Below, piece by piece: positions 1 through 11,078 of a DNA stretch of 64,000 bases. The DNA is from a virus (Duplodnaviria > Caudoviricetes): positions 32,001 to 96,000 of IMG/VR virus record IMGVR_UViG_3300011977_000007; one strand, given 5' to 3'. The translations under genes and the position numbers were made by a program. The notes under the pieces were generated by a model, which was not told where the DNA came from, did not search any database, and worked only from the letters and a program-made list of their open reading frames with translations. How positions within the stretch are numbered: position 1 is the stretch's first letter; each line of letters begins with the position of its first letter.

Positions 1-155
1 GTTCTATCCTTTGAATCTGTTATATAAATATGATATGATGGGTCGTCACCAAGATTATCTATTAATATCTCTTTTGTTTGAGCAAGTTCTTTATCATTCA
101 ATGATAATGGTCTCAATGGTAATCTACCCATATTAAACTGATCATTTACAGACAT
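1..155 (-). CDS. Hypothetical protein, 5' part (runs off the window)
   Basis: ATG at 155 with AAGGAGG RBS and an AACA-N6-TA motif at 191..180; open frame MSVNDQFNMGRLPLRPLS... to the window edge. Confidence 0.7.
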   Translation of the reverse strand, partial: MSVNDQFNMGRLPLRPLSLNDKELAQTKEILIDNLGDDPSYHIYITDSKDR

Positions 156-240
156 CTTAATTCCTCCTTTATCGATTATTATAAGAATGTTTCGCCAAAA
201 TGCACACTTAAAACATTTATATAATTAACTTAGAAGGAGG

Positions 241-921
241 TTGAGTTATATGAATAGTAATCGATATACGCCTTCTGCAGTTGGGTTTGAGCGAATAAGT
301 AAAGAACCATTAGATAAATTTGAAATTTTTAATTCAATTGCTGAATTACAAGATTATGTATTAAATGGTCCAGCTTATCCGGGCCAAAAATGCACTGTAA
401 ATTTTTCTGATGGCAAAGTATTATCATACCAACTCATAAAGAAAGCTGATAAATGTACAATACGACCCATATATCCAATAGAAGAACATATAATGCGTAA
501 ATCTGAATATGCTAAATACGGATTTACTGATTCTGCCGTTACTGTAAAAAATCCAAGTGACGATAGTAATAAATGGTTATTGGTATATAATTATAACCCT
601 GAATATAAATACATGTATTCTAGTCGTGATGGGTACGAAATGTTAGCAGAAGCATATTCAATATTGCATAATTTACAGTTATATAATAATAATGGTATTA
701 ACCTTATGATTGTCATTAATGGAGAAATAAAGTATAAATGGAAACAAGAATACAATTTTATGCTTAGTAGTAGTACGAGTGATGTTGGTGCTTGTATTAA
801 ATATGCTCCAGATGATAGTACATTTATATGCCCGCTAGTTGTAGATGCTACATTAACTAATTATGGATTATTTCCTAAAAAGGAAAATAATAATTTCATA
901 AGTCTATATGTCGGATTATAG
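241..921 (+). CDS. Putative virion/tail-associated protein
   Basis: RBS AAGGAGG, late promoter motif at 212-223; N-terminus FERISKEPLD... resembles the PLD module of the downstream tail proteins. Confidence 0.55.
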   Translation: MSYMNSNRYTPSAVGFERISKEPLDKFEIFNSIAELQDYVLNGPAYPGQKCTVNFSDGKVLSYQLIKKADKCTIRPIYPIEEHIMRKSEYAKYGFTDSAVTVKNPSDDSNKWLLVYNYNPEYKYMYSSRDGYEMLAEAYSILHNLQLYNNNGINLMIVINGEIKYKWKQEYNFMLSSSTSDVGACIKYAPDDSTFICPLVVDATLTNYGLFPKKENNNFISLYVGL

Positions 922-932
922 GAGGTGCTAAC

Positions 933-1466
933 GTGAGTGATATAAATTTAGGGCCTTTTAGATTAAATCCTAGAGGTGAAATAAAACCTGGAGAAAAATA
1001 TAAGTTTCTTGATTTAGTGACTTATAAGGGTAGTTCATATGTAAATATTAATAATGATATTATTGATGGCGATGCAAGTATAAATGTATTACCAACACAA
1101 GAAGAGGGGGCTACAAAATATTATCAGTTAGTAGCTTCTAAAGGAGATAAAGGCGAAGCTCCAGAGCAATATGATAAATTCACTACAATTACTACTAATG
1201 ATTGGGATTATCCTACTGCAGATAAAATAAAAATATCTGGAGCTTATGATAATACTAAACCTATAAATATTTTAAATGCCTATGATGGATGCTGTGGAAT
1301 TATTGTTACTGATCTTGATATTATTTTGCCTGCGAATAGTGATGTAAGTATAGATTTTTATTATCTTACATTAAGTAATAATGAATATTTTGTTTATTCA
1401 TTTATATATGATGGTGGTAGGCAAAGATTTATATGGAATAGGACGATTTATAAAGCAAATGTTTAA
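933..1466 (+). CDS. Putative tail-associated protein
   Basis: GGAGG RBS; NPRGE..Y.FLDLVTYKGSSY..ASKGDKG pattern common in phage tail proteins. Confidence 0.55.
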   Translation: MSDINLGPFRLNPRGEIKPGEKYKFLDLVTYKGSSYVNINNDIIDGDASINVLPTQEEGATKYYQLVASKGDKGEAPEQYDKFTTITTNDWDYPTADKIKISGAYDNTKPINILNAYDGCCGIIVTDLDIILPANSDVSIDFYYLTLSNNEYFVYSFIYDGGRQRFIWNRTIYKANV

Positions 1467-2616
1467 TGGAAGACATTTAACGCACGTATTTCACAGTCAA
1501 AATAAAACAGGCATTAAAAGATATGGAGTATGCTCAACTCGTGAATATTCTATATTAGAATCCACTTTTAATAATAAAGGTGGAACTCATGAATTTAAAA
1601 ATTTATCACCTGGATTATATGCTTTTAAAACAGATACATCATGTTATATGATATCTTTACCTGTAACACTTGCTGGTGATGATAAACTAGTTATTGAAAA
1701 TAGATCTAGTGTATATACGGTAATTAATGGTATAAAGAAGATGCTAATTCCTTATGAAATGTCAGCATCATTTACAAGTAAAAGTCTTCAAGTTGTGCTT
1801 CAAAGTATGTTTCAGGGAGATACTAATGCTAACTATCTTAGTATAAATAATGCTATTAATGGATATATTGATATGATAGCAGTGGCAGGATTAACTACAA
1901 TGAGTAGGGAGAATCCTAGTCCGTATAAGCCAGCGGAACTTACATCTTTAGGTTCTTTTACGATAGAATCTAATGGTATATTGGATGGTCAGCATTCTGA
2001 ATTAACTATTAATTTAAATAATAATATTAAAAAATTACCATGTGGTAGAAGTGATTTATTCGTAATGGATGCTATTCATAAAGAATCATATATAATCTAT
2101 AGAGTTGGTAGATTAGTTCTTACAGGAAGTGAGCAATGGCAAGCTATAAAAGAAGATAATGGTCATTGTATATATTTCTTACCATTTAATCTAATTAGTA
2201 CTTCTATTAGTAATGGTGCTATAATATCCAATTATTTTCCTGGTGAATCATATGATAATATGATGCTAAAATCAAGTATTGATTATTGTATAGCAAACAG
2301 TGTAGAACAGAGTAAGCCAGGAATATATATTAAATTGCCTACAGAACTTATAGCTGAAACTGGAGTAGAAAATTTTAAGAAATATCTCAAGTATTTAGTT
2401 AATAAGAAAAATCCTGTTATAATAGAATATTTATCGAAAGATATTAGGGTTAAATCTGTATTATTGGATGATTATATTATACCTCAATATAGTCCTAATA
2501 CTAATATAAATATAGATGCGGATACTTATGCCGCATTTTTCTTTAGAACTATTAATTATGAAGATGATCCTGCTAAGAGGCCTAAACAGGACCGTAAATT
2601 ACAAATTAAAATTTAG
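1459..2616 (+). CDS. Putative tail/baseplate protein
   Basis: ORF 1381..2616; more likely start is the ATG at 1459 overlapping the upstream gene; structural operon context. Confidence 0.55.
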   Translation: MFNGRHLTHVFHSQNKTGIKRYGVCSTREYSILESTFNNKGGTHEFKNLSPGLYAFKTDTSCYMISLPVTLAGDDKLVIENRSSVYTVINGIKKMLIPYEMSASFTSKSLQVVLQSMFQGDTNANYLSINNAINGYIDMIAVAGLTTMSRENPSPYKPAELTSLGSFTIESNGILDGQHSELTINLNNNIKKLPCGRSDLFVMDAIHKESYIIYRVGRLVLTGSEQWQAIKEDNGHCIYFLPFNLISTSISNGAIISNYFPGESYDNMMLKSSIDYCIANSVEQSKPGIYIKLPTELIAETGVENFKKYLKYLVNKKNPVIIEYLSKDIRVKSVLLDDYIIPQYSPNTNINIDADTYAAFFFRTINYEDDPAKRPKQDRKLQIKI

Positions 2617-2627
2617 GAGGTAATATT

Positions 2628-3020
2628 ATGAAAATAACTTTTACTGATAAGGAAGATATAGTAGGTCTTCCTGAAGTTAATATAAAAAATAAAGTAACAG
2701 CTGCTGATATGAATGAAATTAAAAATGTTGTTAATAAGAATAGTGAGATACTTGATGATGTACAATATTCAGTAGAGCAAAGTAACGTACCAGTTGGATT
2801 TATAATGACAGTTAATAATCTTAATTCTATACCAGATAATTGGTTACCTTGCGACGGACAAGCATTAAATAAAATAGATTATAGTGCTTTATATAGAGTT
2901 ATTGGTAATGCTTATGGATCTACATCTGATACATTTAATTTACCGAACCAAAATGCTTGCTCTATTAATATAAATGCTAATTTAATTCCTAAATATTATT
3001 ATATTATACGAGCTAAATAA
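2628..3020 (+). CDS. Tail collar domain protein
   Basis: VPVG...PDNWLPCDGQALNKIDYSALYRVIG..YG...TFNLP is the phage tail collar motif. Confidence 0.8.
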   Translation: MKITFTDKEDIVGLPEVNIKNKVTAADMNEIKNVVNKNSEILDDVQYSVEQSNVPVGFIMTVNNLNSIPDNWLPCDGQALNKIDYSALYRVIGNAYGSTSDTFNLPNQNACSININANLIPKYYYIIRAK

Positions 3021-3032
3021 GGTGGTGATGAT

Positions 3033-3278
3033 ATGCAATCCGGTAATACTTTTATAAGAGGAGTATTGGAATTAGTCACTGGGCAGCCAACCATAAAGGC
3101 TAAAGTTCATGGTGTACTAAAACCATTATCAATAGAATCATCAAATGTATCATTCTCTAATGATATTACTGTTAAGGATTCTACCAAAACTAATAAAATT
3201 ATATTATCTGGTAGTTATGGGACCGAAGATCCACCAACAGATGCTGTTGAAGGACAAATATATTTTAAAATAATTTAA
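3033..3278 (+). CDS. Small tail-associated protein
   Basis: C-terminal SYGTEDPP..AVEGQIYFKI motif typical of tail fibre adaptors. Confidence 0.55.
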   Translation: MQSGNTFIRGVLELVTGQPTIKAKVHGVLKPLSIESSNVSFSNDITVKDSTKTNKIILSGSYGTEDPPTDAVEGQIYFKII

Positions 3279-3364
3279 AGAGTTTATAGTATGGTGATAG
3301 CCTAATAATGGCTATCACTATATTAAAGCTTATTCAGGGATAATTAAAGTAAAGGAGATAAGCT

Positions 3365-4420
3365 ATGGCTGTTCATAATTTTGGACCAATATATCATTCT
3401 GAATCACCCAAAAGTATGAAAATGACTGGATGGGTTGATGATGATGGAAATTATTCAATAACTTTTGCTTCTGCATTTACAGATGCAGATAGTAGTTTTA
3501 AGTATTCATGGACAATTTATGTAGGAGCAGACTCTTCAAACCCAGTAATAGAAATTCCTCAGGATACTATTAATAATGATGCTAGTTTTACTAAAACTGT
3601 TACAGGTAAAATAAGTGGTGCTAAATTTCATGCATGGGCTCATTGTGGGTGTGATGGATGTGCTAATAATACTGCACCTTTAGTAATAGCAGATATTAAT
3701 CTATATGTCCCACCAACTTTAGGTACTATAGAAGTTACCAATAGAACTACAAAGTCAATTACTGTTAAGGCTACATGGAATGATGTAAATGGCGAAGAAT
3801 ATACAAAAGCTAATGCTACTATAAAATTAGTAAAATCAGATGGCAATGTTGTTGCTACAAAAACAGAGTATTTAAAAGATGGATCTGATCCTGTTACATT
3901 TGATAATCTAGATCATAATACAGCTTATACTATAAAAGCTTCATTATCAGATGGTACTACTACATTAAATTATACCGATATCACTACAAGTACAAAGTTA
4001 TTAAAAGTAGAATATTCTAATTTAGAAATTCATCAGTATTCAGCTATTGTTAATTTCATATCATCAATAGACAATAAAAAAGAATATGACCAAACAAATA
4101 TTGCAAGGCAAAAATGTAATTTAACGAGTGCTGGTACTACATATAATGATAATATATCTTTTGAAGATGATAAAACAAGACCTGCTAATTCTAAAGTAAC
4201 CATACATGATTTAAAATCATACACTAAATATAATTTAAAGTATGATATAACCGATGGTCATAATATAGTAAGCGTAGCTATTGATTTTACTACAGTATTC
4301 CCTTATGCAAGGATAAATATAAATGGTGAATCTAAAAAAGCAATACCGTATATTTATACTAATAAAAAATGGCATATTGCTAAAGGATATATTGGTAGTA
4401 AAGAATTTAATGGTGAATGA
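3365..4420 (+). CDS. Fibronectin type III-like virion protein
   Basis: FDNLDHNTAYTI and HDLKSYTKY are FN3-like strands; AAGGAG RBS. Confidence 0.55.
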   Translation: MAVHNFGPIYHSESPKSMKMTGWVDDDGNYSITFASAFTDADSSFKYSWTIYVGADSSNPVIEIPQDTINNDASFTKTVTGKISGAKFHAWAHCGCDGCANNTAPLVIADINLYVPPTLGTIEVTNRTTKSITVKATWNDVNGEEYTKANATIKLVKSDGNVVATKTEYLKDGSDPVTFDNLDHNTAYTIKASLSDGTTTLNYTDITTSTKLLKVEYSNLEIHQYSAIVNFISSIDNKKEYDQTNIARQKCNLTSAGTTYNDNISFEDDKTRPANSKVTIHDLKSYTKYNLKYDITDGHNIVSVAIDFTTVFPYARININGESKKAIPYIYTNKKWHIAKGYIGSKEFNGE

Positions 4421-4481
4421 TTGCACCTAAACCTCTGTAATATGCGAACATAAGATTAATTTATGTAGGAGGTGCGATCAA

Positions 4482-5270
4482 ATGGAACATAATGATCCAT
4501 TAACAGTAGCCCAAGCAATTAATGATTATGGGCCATATGCAGTTATATTAGCTTTTGTATTAGTTCTATTTTTATATTGCATATGCAATGTAAATAGAAT
4601 GTATAAAAAATTTCAAAACCAATCTATAAAGAATAATGAAGAGTACAAAAATGGTATGATGGAAATTGCTAATAAAATGGTTGATCAGATGCTGGAGATT
4701 GATAAAAAGAAGAATTCCAAATCTGAACCTGATCTTATGAAGGTATTTGTTAAATTAAAAGAATCAATGCACGATTATTGCAAAGATTGTATGGATAATT
4801 TAAATGCTGATAGGTTAGCAATTTATTTATTCCATAATGGAACTCATAGCACTCATGGTGTTAAGTTTTTTAAAGTATCATGCATTTGTGAAAATGTGAG
4901 AATAGGAAGTGGTATTAGAGAGCATTCAATTGAGCACTCAAATATTCCGCTTAACTTATTTGATACTATGATTGATAATTTATTAAAAGACGGGGAGTAT
5001 ATTATTAAGAATGATGGTGATTTACAATGCATGAATTGTAGAATTTTTATATCATCTGATAAAATAAAATATGCTGTTACTGAAGCTATATTTGACAAGA
5101 ATAATGTAATTCTTGGATTTGTTATTATTGAATCTTCTAAGGATTACGATGAAAATAATATAGATTCTCAAAGACAGGAATTAAGAAAATTAATATCTCA
5201 AATATCACCAATACTTGATTATGGAGATTATATAGATATTAATATAGCGAAAACAAATTCGACTTATTAA
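4482..5270 (+). CDS. Putative holin (single TM helix plus GAF-like domain)
   Basis: Hydrophobic YAVILAFVLVLFLYCI followed by an ADRLAIYLFHNG... soluble domain, the architecture of T4 T-like holins; late promoter at 4447. Confidence 0.5.
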   Translation: MEHNDPLTVAQAINDYGPYAVILAFVLVLFLYCICNVNRMYKKFQNQSIKNNEEYKNGMMEIANKMVDQMLEIDKKKNSKSEPDLMKVFVKLKESMHDYCKDCMDNLNADRLAIYLFHNGTHSTHGVKFFKVSCICENVRIGSGIREHSIEHSNIPLNLFDTMIDNLLKDGEYIIKNDGDLQCMNCRIFISSDKIKYAVTEAIFDKNNVILGFVIIESSKDYDENNIDSQRQELRKLISQISPILDYGDYIDINIAKTNSTY

Positions 5271-5308
5271 TTAATGCACCATGGGGTAACGCCCATGGTG
5301 CCATCTTT

Positions 5309-5320
5309 AACATTTTATTA
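5309..5320 (+). promoter_or_regulatory. Phage late promoter AACA-N6-TA (also at 212, 4447, 8221, 11116, 16980, 22528, 27901, 30026 on +; 191 and 41604 on -)
   Basis: Recurring motif upstream of structural and lysis genes; matches the late promoter consensus of the AR9 non-virion RNAP. Confidence 0.8.
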
Positions 5321-5348
5321 ATAATTTATAGACAAAGGAGGAAAAGAA

Positions 5349-6950
5349 ATGGCTATTAAGATAGGCGATAATTTTCTATATAGAGGAAAGAAACCTTTAG
5401 ATGAGCGAGATTCATTTAATAATATTGCTGATATGAAAGCTTATGATGAAACTTCTTTAGATGAAGGTCATATTTCATACTGTAAAGCTACTGATAAATA
5501 TTATAAATTTAACTCATCTAATAGCGAAGATGCAAATCTTGGAAAATGGAGAGAGTATACTGTAACTCCAAGTGTTAATGCTGAAGTAGCATTTGATGAT
5601 TATGATGTAAATACTCCATATAAAACTGGCAAATATGTAGTATATAATAATATTATATATAAAGTATTAAAAGATTATACTAGTAAAGATATATCTACGG
5701 ATATTACCGATGGTAATATTGAAAAATACATTGGCGATACTTATAATGATACTAATATTAAGAAAAATATTGCGAGTATAAATAAAGCAATTGGCGATAT
5801 GTCACAATTATCTGTAGTTGGAGTTGCGGATATTGTAAGTGCATTAAATAAAATAGATTTAAGCTTTATGCAATCTATAGTTTTTAATACTAAAGTTGAT
5901 CAACAAAGTGGAAAACCTATTAAAGTATTAACTATAACTTATAAGAATAATAATAGTATTGATGTTGATATTAGCGGAATTATTACTTCTACTAATATTG
6001 GTGAGTTAAAGAATGTAGATGATACTGGAATTACTGACAAGCAGGTATTATCATATGATACTGCTAGTAATAAATATATTCCCACGACTATTGATACTTC
6101 AACAGTATTAACATCAGCTAAGAATTATACAGATTCCAAATTCAATACTTTAAATAAGCAGACTGGTATTGTTGTAGATTCAAAACCATCTATAGTTGAT
6201 AATGGTGATACTACATATACTATTACTTATATAAAAGATAAAGAGACTAAGACTACTAATGATACTAATATTTGGTTTTATTATCCTACGGGAACAGGTG
6301 ATTATTCACAGACTATTTTTATTAGTGGTACTGAAGTTACATTAAGTGTTACTGGTGGTATTGATTTAACTGATTACGTTAATAAGAATAAAGATTTAGC
6401 TAATGGTTTTACTGGGACTGAAGTAGATACTACTAAGATCACTACAATTAAAGAATTGCAGGATTTACTTAATATTGTAAATACTGCATTAGGGAAGAAG
6501 ATAGGAACGACTGACGTAATTGATGATTTATACCATCAGGATAGCGATAAGCCGCTATCCGCTAAACAAGGTAATGAAATTAAGAAATTAATCGATAATA
6601 GTATTGGTGCTATTAGTGGAAATACAATGCTTCGTAAAGTATTTGAGAATGTTAAAGCTAATGAGGAATATACATTGGATTCTGCTTTTTCTCTTAAAGG
6701 TGCATATATTTCTGGAGTTTATAAAATTCAAGATGGTACTTTAAATCAATCTGCCGAATTAAAGAAATTATCATCAAATACAAAACAGGATTTCACTAAG
6801 AATATGGATGAAATTATTATTGATGATAGTGGTGCTAAAATTAAAGATGAATATGATTATAGATTAAATGTAAACGCTGCAGGATTTTTTGAAACTAATA
6901 TTATTACTAAAAATGATTTTATTGATATTATTGGAATTGAGGTGATATAA
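5349..6950 (+). CDS. Tail fibre-like protein with shared MAIKIGDNF N-terminal module
   Basis: ~70-aa N-terminus shared with genes at 8259, 12049 and 13233; DDL...DKPLSAKQG fibre motif. Confidence 0.65.
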   Translation: MAIKIGDNFLYRGKKPLDERDSFNNIADMKAYDETSLDEGHISYCKATDKYYKFNSSNSEDANLGKWREYTVTPSVNAEVAFDDYDVNTPYKTGKYVVYNNIIYKVLKDYTSKDISTDITDGNIEKYIGDTYNDTNIKKNIASINKAIGDMSQLSVVGVADIVSALNKIDLSFMQSIVFNTKVDQQSGKPIKVLTITYKNNNSIDVDISGIITSTNIGELKNVDDTGITDKQVLSYDTASNKYIPTTIDTSTVLTSAKNYTDSKFNTLNKQTGIVVDSKPSIVDNGDTTYTITYIKDKETKTTNDTNIWFYYPTGTGDYSQTIFISGTEVTLSVTGGIDLTDYVNKNKDLANGFTGTEVDTTKITTIKELQDLLNIVNTALGKKIGTTDVIDDLYHQDSDKPLSAKQGNEIKKLIDNSIGAISGNTMLRKVFENVKANEEYTLDSAFSLKGAYISGVYKIQDGTLNQSAELKKLSSNTKQDFTKNMDEIIIDDSGAKIKDEYDYRLNVNAAGFFETNIITKNDFIDIIGIEVI

Positions 6951-8182
6951 TGACTAACTGGGCACTTAAATCTAATGGGGCGATTGCCACTGCAGACAAT
7001 TATGGTGATGCGAACGTTCCAGATAACGCAATAAATGGAAGTTTAGTTACTGGAAATAATCATAATTGGTATGGTGGAAATAGATTAATGGTAACCCTAA
7101 ATGGGAAAAAATCAATATCATCAATGAAGATTATGACTACTGATAATTGGGGGGTACATTGTAATACTTTTGATTTATACTATACTTTGGACGATTCCTT
7201 GGATGTAAATTCTGAATTATCTAAATTTAAAAAAGCTGGTACATTCAAATTTAAAAATACAAAGGATACATTAGAAGAAATAAAATTTGATAATAAATTA
7301 ATTGGAAAAAAATTTATGATTATCCCAGAAATACAAAACAATGGTGTAGCTGTAGTTGAATTTGAATTATGGGGCGATGATTTTGTAGGTGTAATATTAC
7401 AATCAAATAAAAACTATTATTCTATAGATGAAAAATATTATAATTCAAGTACAAAAAATTATAATGCAATATCCGATTTAAGCGCTAGTAATTTTAGCAA
7501 TTATGAATTTAATGTTTCTGATTTATTTAATGAAATTACGATTAATGAAGAAACATTTAAACCTATAGATAAATTTAAGAGTTTTTCTATTATATCTACA
7601 AGTCAAAATACATTAACTGTAAATGGTATTAAAGTAGATAAATCTATGATTGCAACTATGGAACCGTTATCTATGGCTGCATATGAAACAATTCATAATA
7701 TTACTGCGGATTATACTACAGAAAATAATGGTGTTATTAAACTTATTTTCTCATTTAATAAGGGTAATACTTGGAAAACGTACGATGTTTCTACTAATGC
7801 ATGGAATACTGTAAGTGTAAATATTCCCACTAAATTATACGATAATTTCACATCAGAAGAGAAATCTAATTGGGATTCTGCTAGAGATACTATATTATCC
7901 GATGGAATATCTGTACAAAATTTAGGAAATGTAGTATTTTCTACAGAAACAATTAAAACTCTTATGTTTGCCATTGCTTTTAGTAGACCTACATATGCTG
8001 ATACTTGCACTTTAAGGGGATTAAATATTAAGTATGATGGTGTAGTTACTTACATTCAGCTTGCTGTTGGTAGTGATTTAACTAAATATGAAGCTAAAGT
8101 AAGAATTACTGGAGATACTATTAGAGTTACAAGTTCTACAAACTGTGATAAATTACTTATTAGTGTAGTAACTAACGTATAA
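6950..8182 (+). CDS. Discoidin/F5-8 type C-like virion adhesion protein
   Basis: NWALKSNGAIATA..P.NAING...EFELWG N-terminal domain; C-terminal half related to the 15236 product (SFNKGNTWKTY vs SKDSGASWQTY). Confidence 0.55.
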   Translation: MTNWALKSNGAIATADNYGDANVPDNAINGSLVTGNNHNWYGGNRLMVTLNGKKSISSMKIMTTDNWGVHCNTFDLYYTLDDSLDVNSELSKFKKAGTFKFKNTKDTLEEIKFDNKLIGKKFMIIPEIQNNGVAVVEFELWGDDFVGVILQSNKNYYSIDEKYYNSSTKNYNAISDLSASNFSNYEFNVSDLFNEITINEETFKPIDKFKSFSIISTSQNTLTVNGIKVDKSMIATMEPLSMAAYETIHNITADYTTENNGVIKLIFSFNKGNTWKTYDVSTNAWNTVSVNIPTKLYDNFTSEEKSNWDSARDTILSDGISVQNLGNVVFSTETIKTLMFAIAFSRPTYADTCTLRGLNIKYDGVVTYIQLAVGSDLTKYEAKVRITGDTIRVTSSTNCDKLLISVVTNV

Positions 8183-8258
8183 AATAAGCACCATGGGATA
8201 ATGCCCATGGTGCTACCTTTAACATTTTATTAAAATAATGAATAAAGGGGGAAAAGAA

Positions 8259-10781
8259 ATGGCTATTAAGACGGGTGATAATTTCTTATATAGAGGAAAG
8301 AAGCCTTTAGACGATAGAGATAGTTTTGATACGATATCGGATATGATTGCATACGATATTAATTCGCTAGATGAAGGACATATTTCATATTGTAAGGCAA
8401 AAGATAAATATTATAAGTTTAATTCATCTAATGAAGATGATCCTACTACTGGTAAATGGAGAGAATATAATGCCGGTGGTTCTACTATAGATATAATAGA
8501 TGATCTAAATACTCAAAGTGCAATTGCTCCATTATCTGCTAATCAAGGTTATATATTAAGCCAAATGTTTTTAAGCGATTTAAAGTTTAATAGTATTACT
8601 AGGGAAGTTGAACTTATTTCTAAGAATGGTACTAAAACAACTTATTCATTGAAAACCTTTATAGATGATGTTCATAAAACCTTAATGCAGTCTAAAGCTA
8701 TTTATTGCGATAAGTTACCTACATGTGCTCAGGATAGTGATGGTAATTATATAGTTACATATGTAAAAGGTGGTACCACGTTAACAACAAGTGCTGCTAA
8801 TACATGGTTTTATTATAAAGATAATAATAGGGAAGATGTACAAACAATATTCGTTGATGGTGAAGAGATAACGATCCAATCTGGTACTATTGGTGATGTT
8901 GTTGCTATTGATCCTGTATCTAAAAATTGGTTAATTAATGGAGTTGATACTGGGGAATCTTCTAAGGGAGATGCCGGAAAAGATGGTAAATCTATTAGAT
9001 CTATTACAAAAGATGATGAAAATAATATTATTGTTACTTTCAGTGATTCAACAGTACAAAATATTGGTAAATTACAGATTGATATTCAGGGAGATTTCTT
9101 AACTGCTAATGGATTTGGTAATCTTAGGTATTATAATAGTCATTTCCAATATTATGATAAAAATACATCTACTTGGATAGATACTTCTGTCACTCCAGAT
9201 AATGTATATATTATGAATATGACACCACAGGAAATGAAGAAAATTTTTTGTGTGTATGATACAGCTTTAAGTAAATATAAACTTAAATTTAAAGAACCTG
9301 ATGATACTATTATTGATGGTCAAGTTGCTTGCATTGTTGAAAAGGTTATTATTCGTAGGAAACTTGGCTCAGTACCTACAAGTGAAACTGATGGAGAATT
9401 AGTTCTTGAAATAAAACGTAAAGATTTTGGAAGTTATAAAAATGAATATTTTGTAGATACTACTCTCTCACCTTCTGATGGTGATATTTATTATTATAAA
9501 GCATTCCCTATGAGTACAACAGGATTTTATAATACTAATCCTGCTAATGAAACAGATGGCATCAAGTGTAAGAATTATAACTTATATGGATTTAAATTAG
9601 ACCAAAATGAATCTGATCCAAATAGTATGATTACATATTTATCAGATTGTGACAACAAATATTATGAATCTGCAAAAATGAATTATACTGCTGATAAATT
9701 TAATTATGGTGATTGGGCAGATGCATGGTTTATTAAAAATTTGAAGCCTTGTATGCTAAAATATGATGGTACAGTTGATTATGAGTTGAATCCAAATGAT
9801 TATACCAAGAAACTTGATGGCACTGCTTCTGATGTTGCCAATGCTTCTTATGGTGGTAATGCTATGGTTGGTATACCAAAAATATATTGGAAGATCGTAG
9901 ATAATGGTGATAATACAGCCAATATCTATATCTGCGATAAGAAACTTGATGATGATTTTCATTGTTGGTCACATATTGATAATAATGGTAATGAGATAGA
10001 TTATTGTTATATGCCTATTTATAACGGAAGTCTTGTTAGTAGTAAACTACGAAGTTTGTCAGGGAAAACACCAATGGAGAACAAAACTACAACTAATGAA
10101 ATCACTTATGCTAAAGCAAATAACACTGGTTCGGATGTTATTTGGTATACAGAATTGTTTAATGACAGGATGTTAATCAATCTTCTATTATTGCTTATTG
10201 GTAAATCAACTGATACGCAGACTGTATTCGGAACAGGTAATAATAATTCATATGTTTCTACTTCTAATACAGGTGTTAAGAATACAGGTACTATGAATAC
10301 AAAAGGATTATTCTGGGGAAATCAGGATAATGTTAGTGGTGTCAAAGTATTTGGTATAGAACATTGGTATGGAAATATATGGAGACGTATTGGCGGTTGG
10401 ATTAATGATAAAGGCACACAGAAAATCAAGATGACTTATGGACAGTCTGACGGTTCAACATCTGACGGATATAATGAAACAGGTAGTGGATATATTTCTA
10501 TTGATGGTGCTACTCCTAGTGGTACAAGAGGTGGATATATTAGTAAGATGCTAATTACTGATAATGGTTTAATACCTACTATTATCAGTGGAAGTGCTAC
10601 TACTTATTATTGTGATGGATTTTGGTTTAATAATTCGCAAGTTGATTATGCTATGGTGGGTGGCGAATCTAACGACGTTTCTCTTGCGGGTGCGTTGTAC
10701 TCGAATCTCGACGAGGCGGTTTCGTCTGCTGGATGGTACGTCTGTGCTTCCCTTTCTTGTAAACCACTTGCAACAACTTAA
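8259..10781 (+). CDS. Tail fibre/receptor-binding protein with C-terminal C-type lectin (Mtd-like) domain
   Basis: Shared N-module; collagen-like KGDAGKDGK; C-terminal FGIEHWYGNIW...VGG...GA...L...S...ASLSC is typical of CLec-fold DGR targets. Confidence 0.7.
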   Translation: MAIKTGDNFLYRGKKPLDDRDSFDTISDMIAYDINSLDEGHISYCKAKDKYYKFNSSNEDDPTTGKWREYNAGGSTIDIIDDLNTQSAIAPLSANQGYILSQMFLSDLKFNSITREVELISKNGTKTTYSLKTFIDDVHKTLMQSKAIYCDKLPTCAQDSDGNYIVTYVKGGTTLTTSAANTWFYYKDNNREDVQTIFVDGEEITIQSGTIGDVVAIDPVSKNWLINGVDTGESSKGDAGKDGKSIRSITKDDENNIIVTFSDSTVQNIGKLQIDIQGDFLTANGFGNLRYYNSHFQYYDKNTSTWIDTSVTPDNVYIMNMTPQEMKKIFCVYDTALSKYKLKFKEPDDTIIDGQVACIVEKVIIRRKLGSVPTSETDGELVLEIKRKDFGSYKNEYFVDTTLSPSDGDIYYYKAFPMSTTGFYNTNPANETDGIKCKNYNLYGFKLDQNESDPNSMITYLSDCDNKYYESAKMNYTADKFNYGDWADAWFIKNLKPCMLKYDGTVDYELNPNDYTKKLDGTASDVANASYGGNAMVGIPKIYWKIVDNGDNTANIYICDKKLDDDFHCWSHIDNNGNEIDYCYMPIYNGSLVSSKLRSLSGKTPMENKTTTNEITYAKANNTGSDVIWYTELFNDRMLINLLLLLIGKSTDTQTVFGTGNNNSYVSTSNTGVKNTGTMNTKGLFWGNQDNVSGVKVFGIEHWYGNIWRRIGGWINDKGTQKIKMTYGQSDGSTSDGYNETGSGYISIDGATPSGTRGGYISKMLITDNGLIPTIISGSATTYYCDGFWFNNSQVDYAMVGGESNDVSLAGALYSNLDEAVSSAGWYVCASLSCKPLATT

Positions 10782-10796
10782 TAGGAGGGATTGGTT

Positions 10797-11078
10797 ATGA
10801 AATTAAATTATATAAAATCACAATCTTCTGTTAAGCCCGATTTAGTTGATACTACTTCATCTAAAGTTGTTGTGTATTTAAGACAGAATATTGTAGAAAA
10901 TATAAAGACAGATGAAATGTCTGGAAAAGAAACTGTTTTTTATGAGTATGAAGAAGCTAAACTTACTAAAGAAGAGTATGAAGAATATAAAAAGCAATTA
11001 GATATTATTAATATTGAAAAACAAAGAGCTGATATTGATTTTCTTGCTCTTCTGACAGGAGCTGATTTAGGCTATTAA
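10797..11078 (+). CDS. XkdW-like tail fibre accessory protein
   Basis: C-terminal RADIDFLALLTG, paralogous to 22588. Confidence 0.55.
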   Translation: MKLNYIKSQSSVKPDLVDTTSSKVVVYLRQNIVENIKTDEMSGKETVFYEYEEAKLTKEEYEEYKKQLDIINIEKQRADIDFLALLTGADLGY

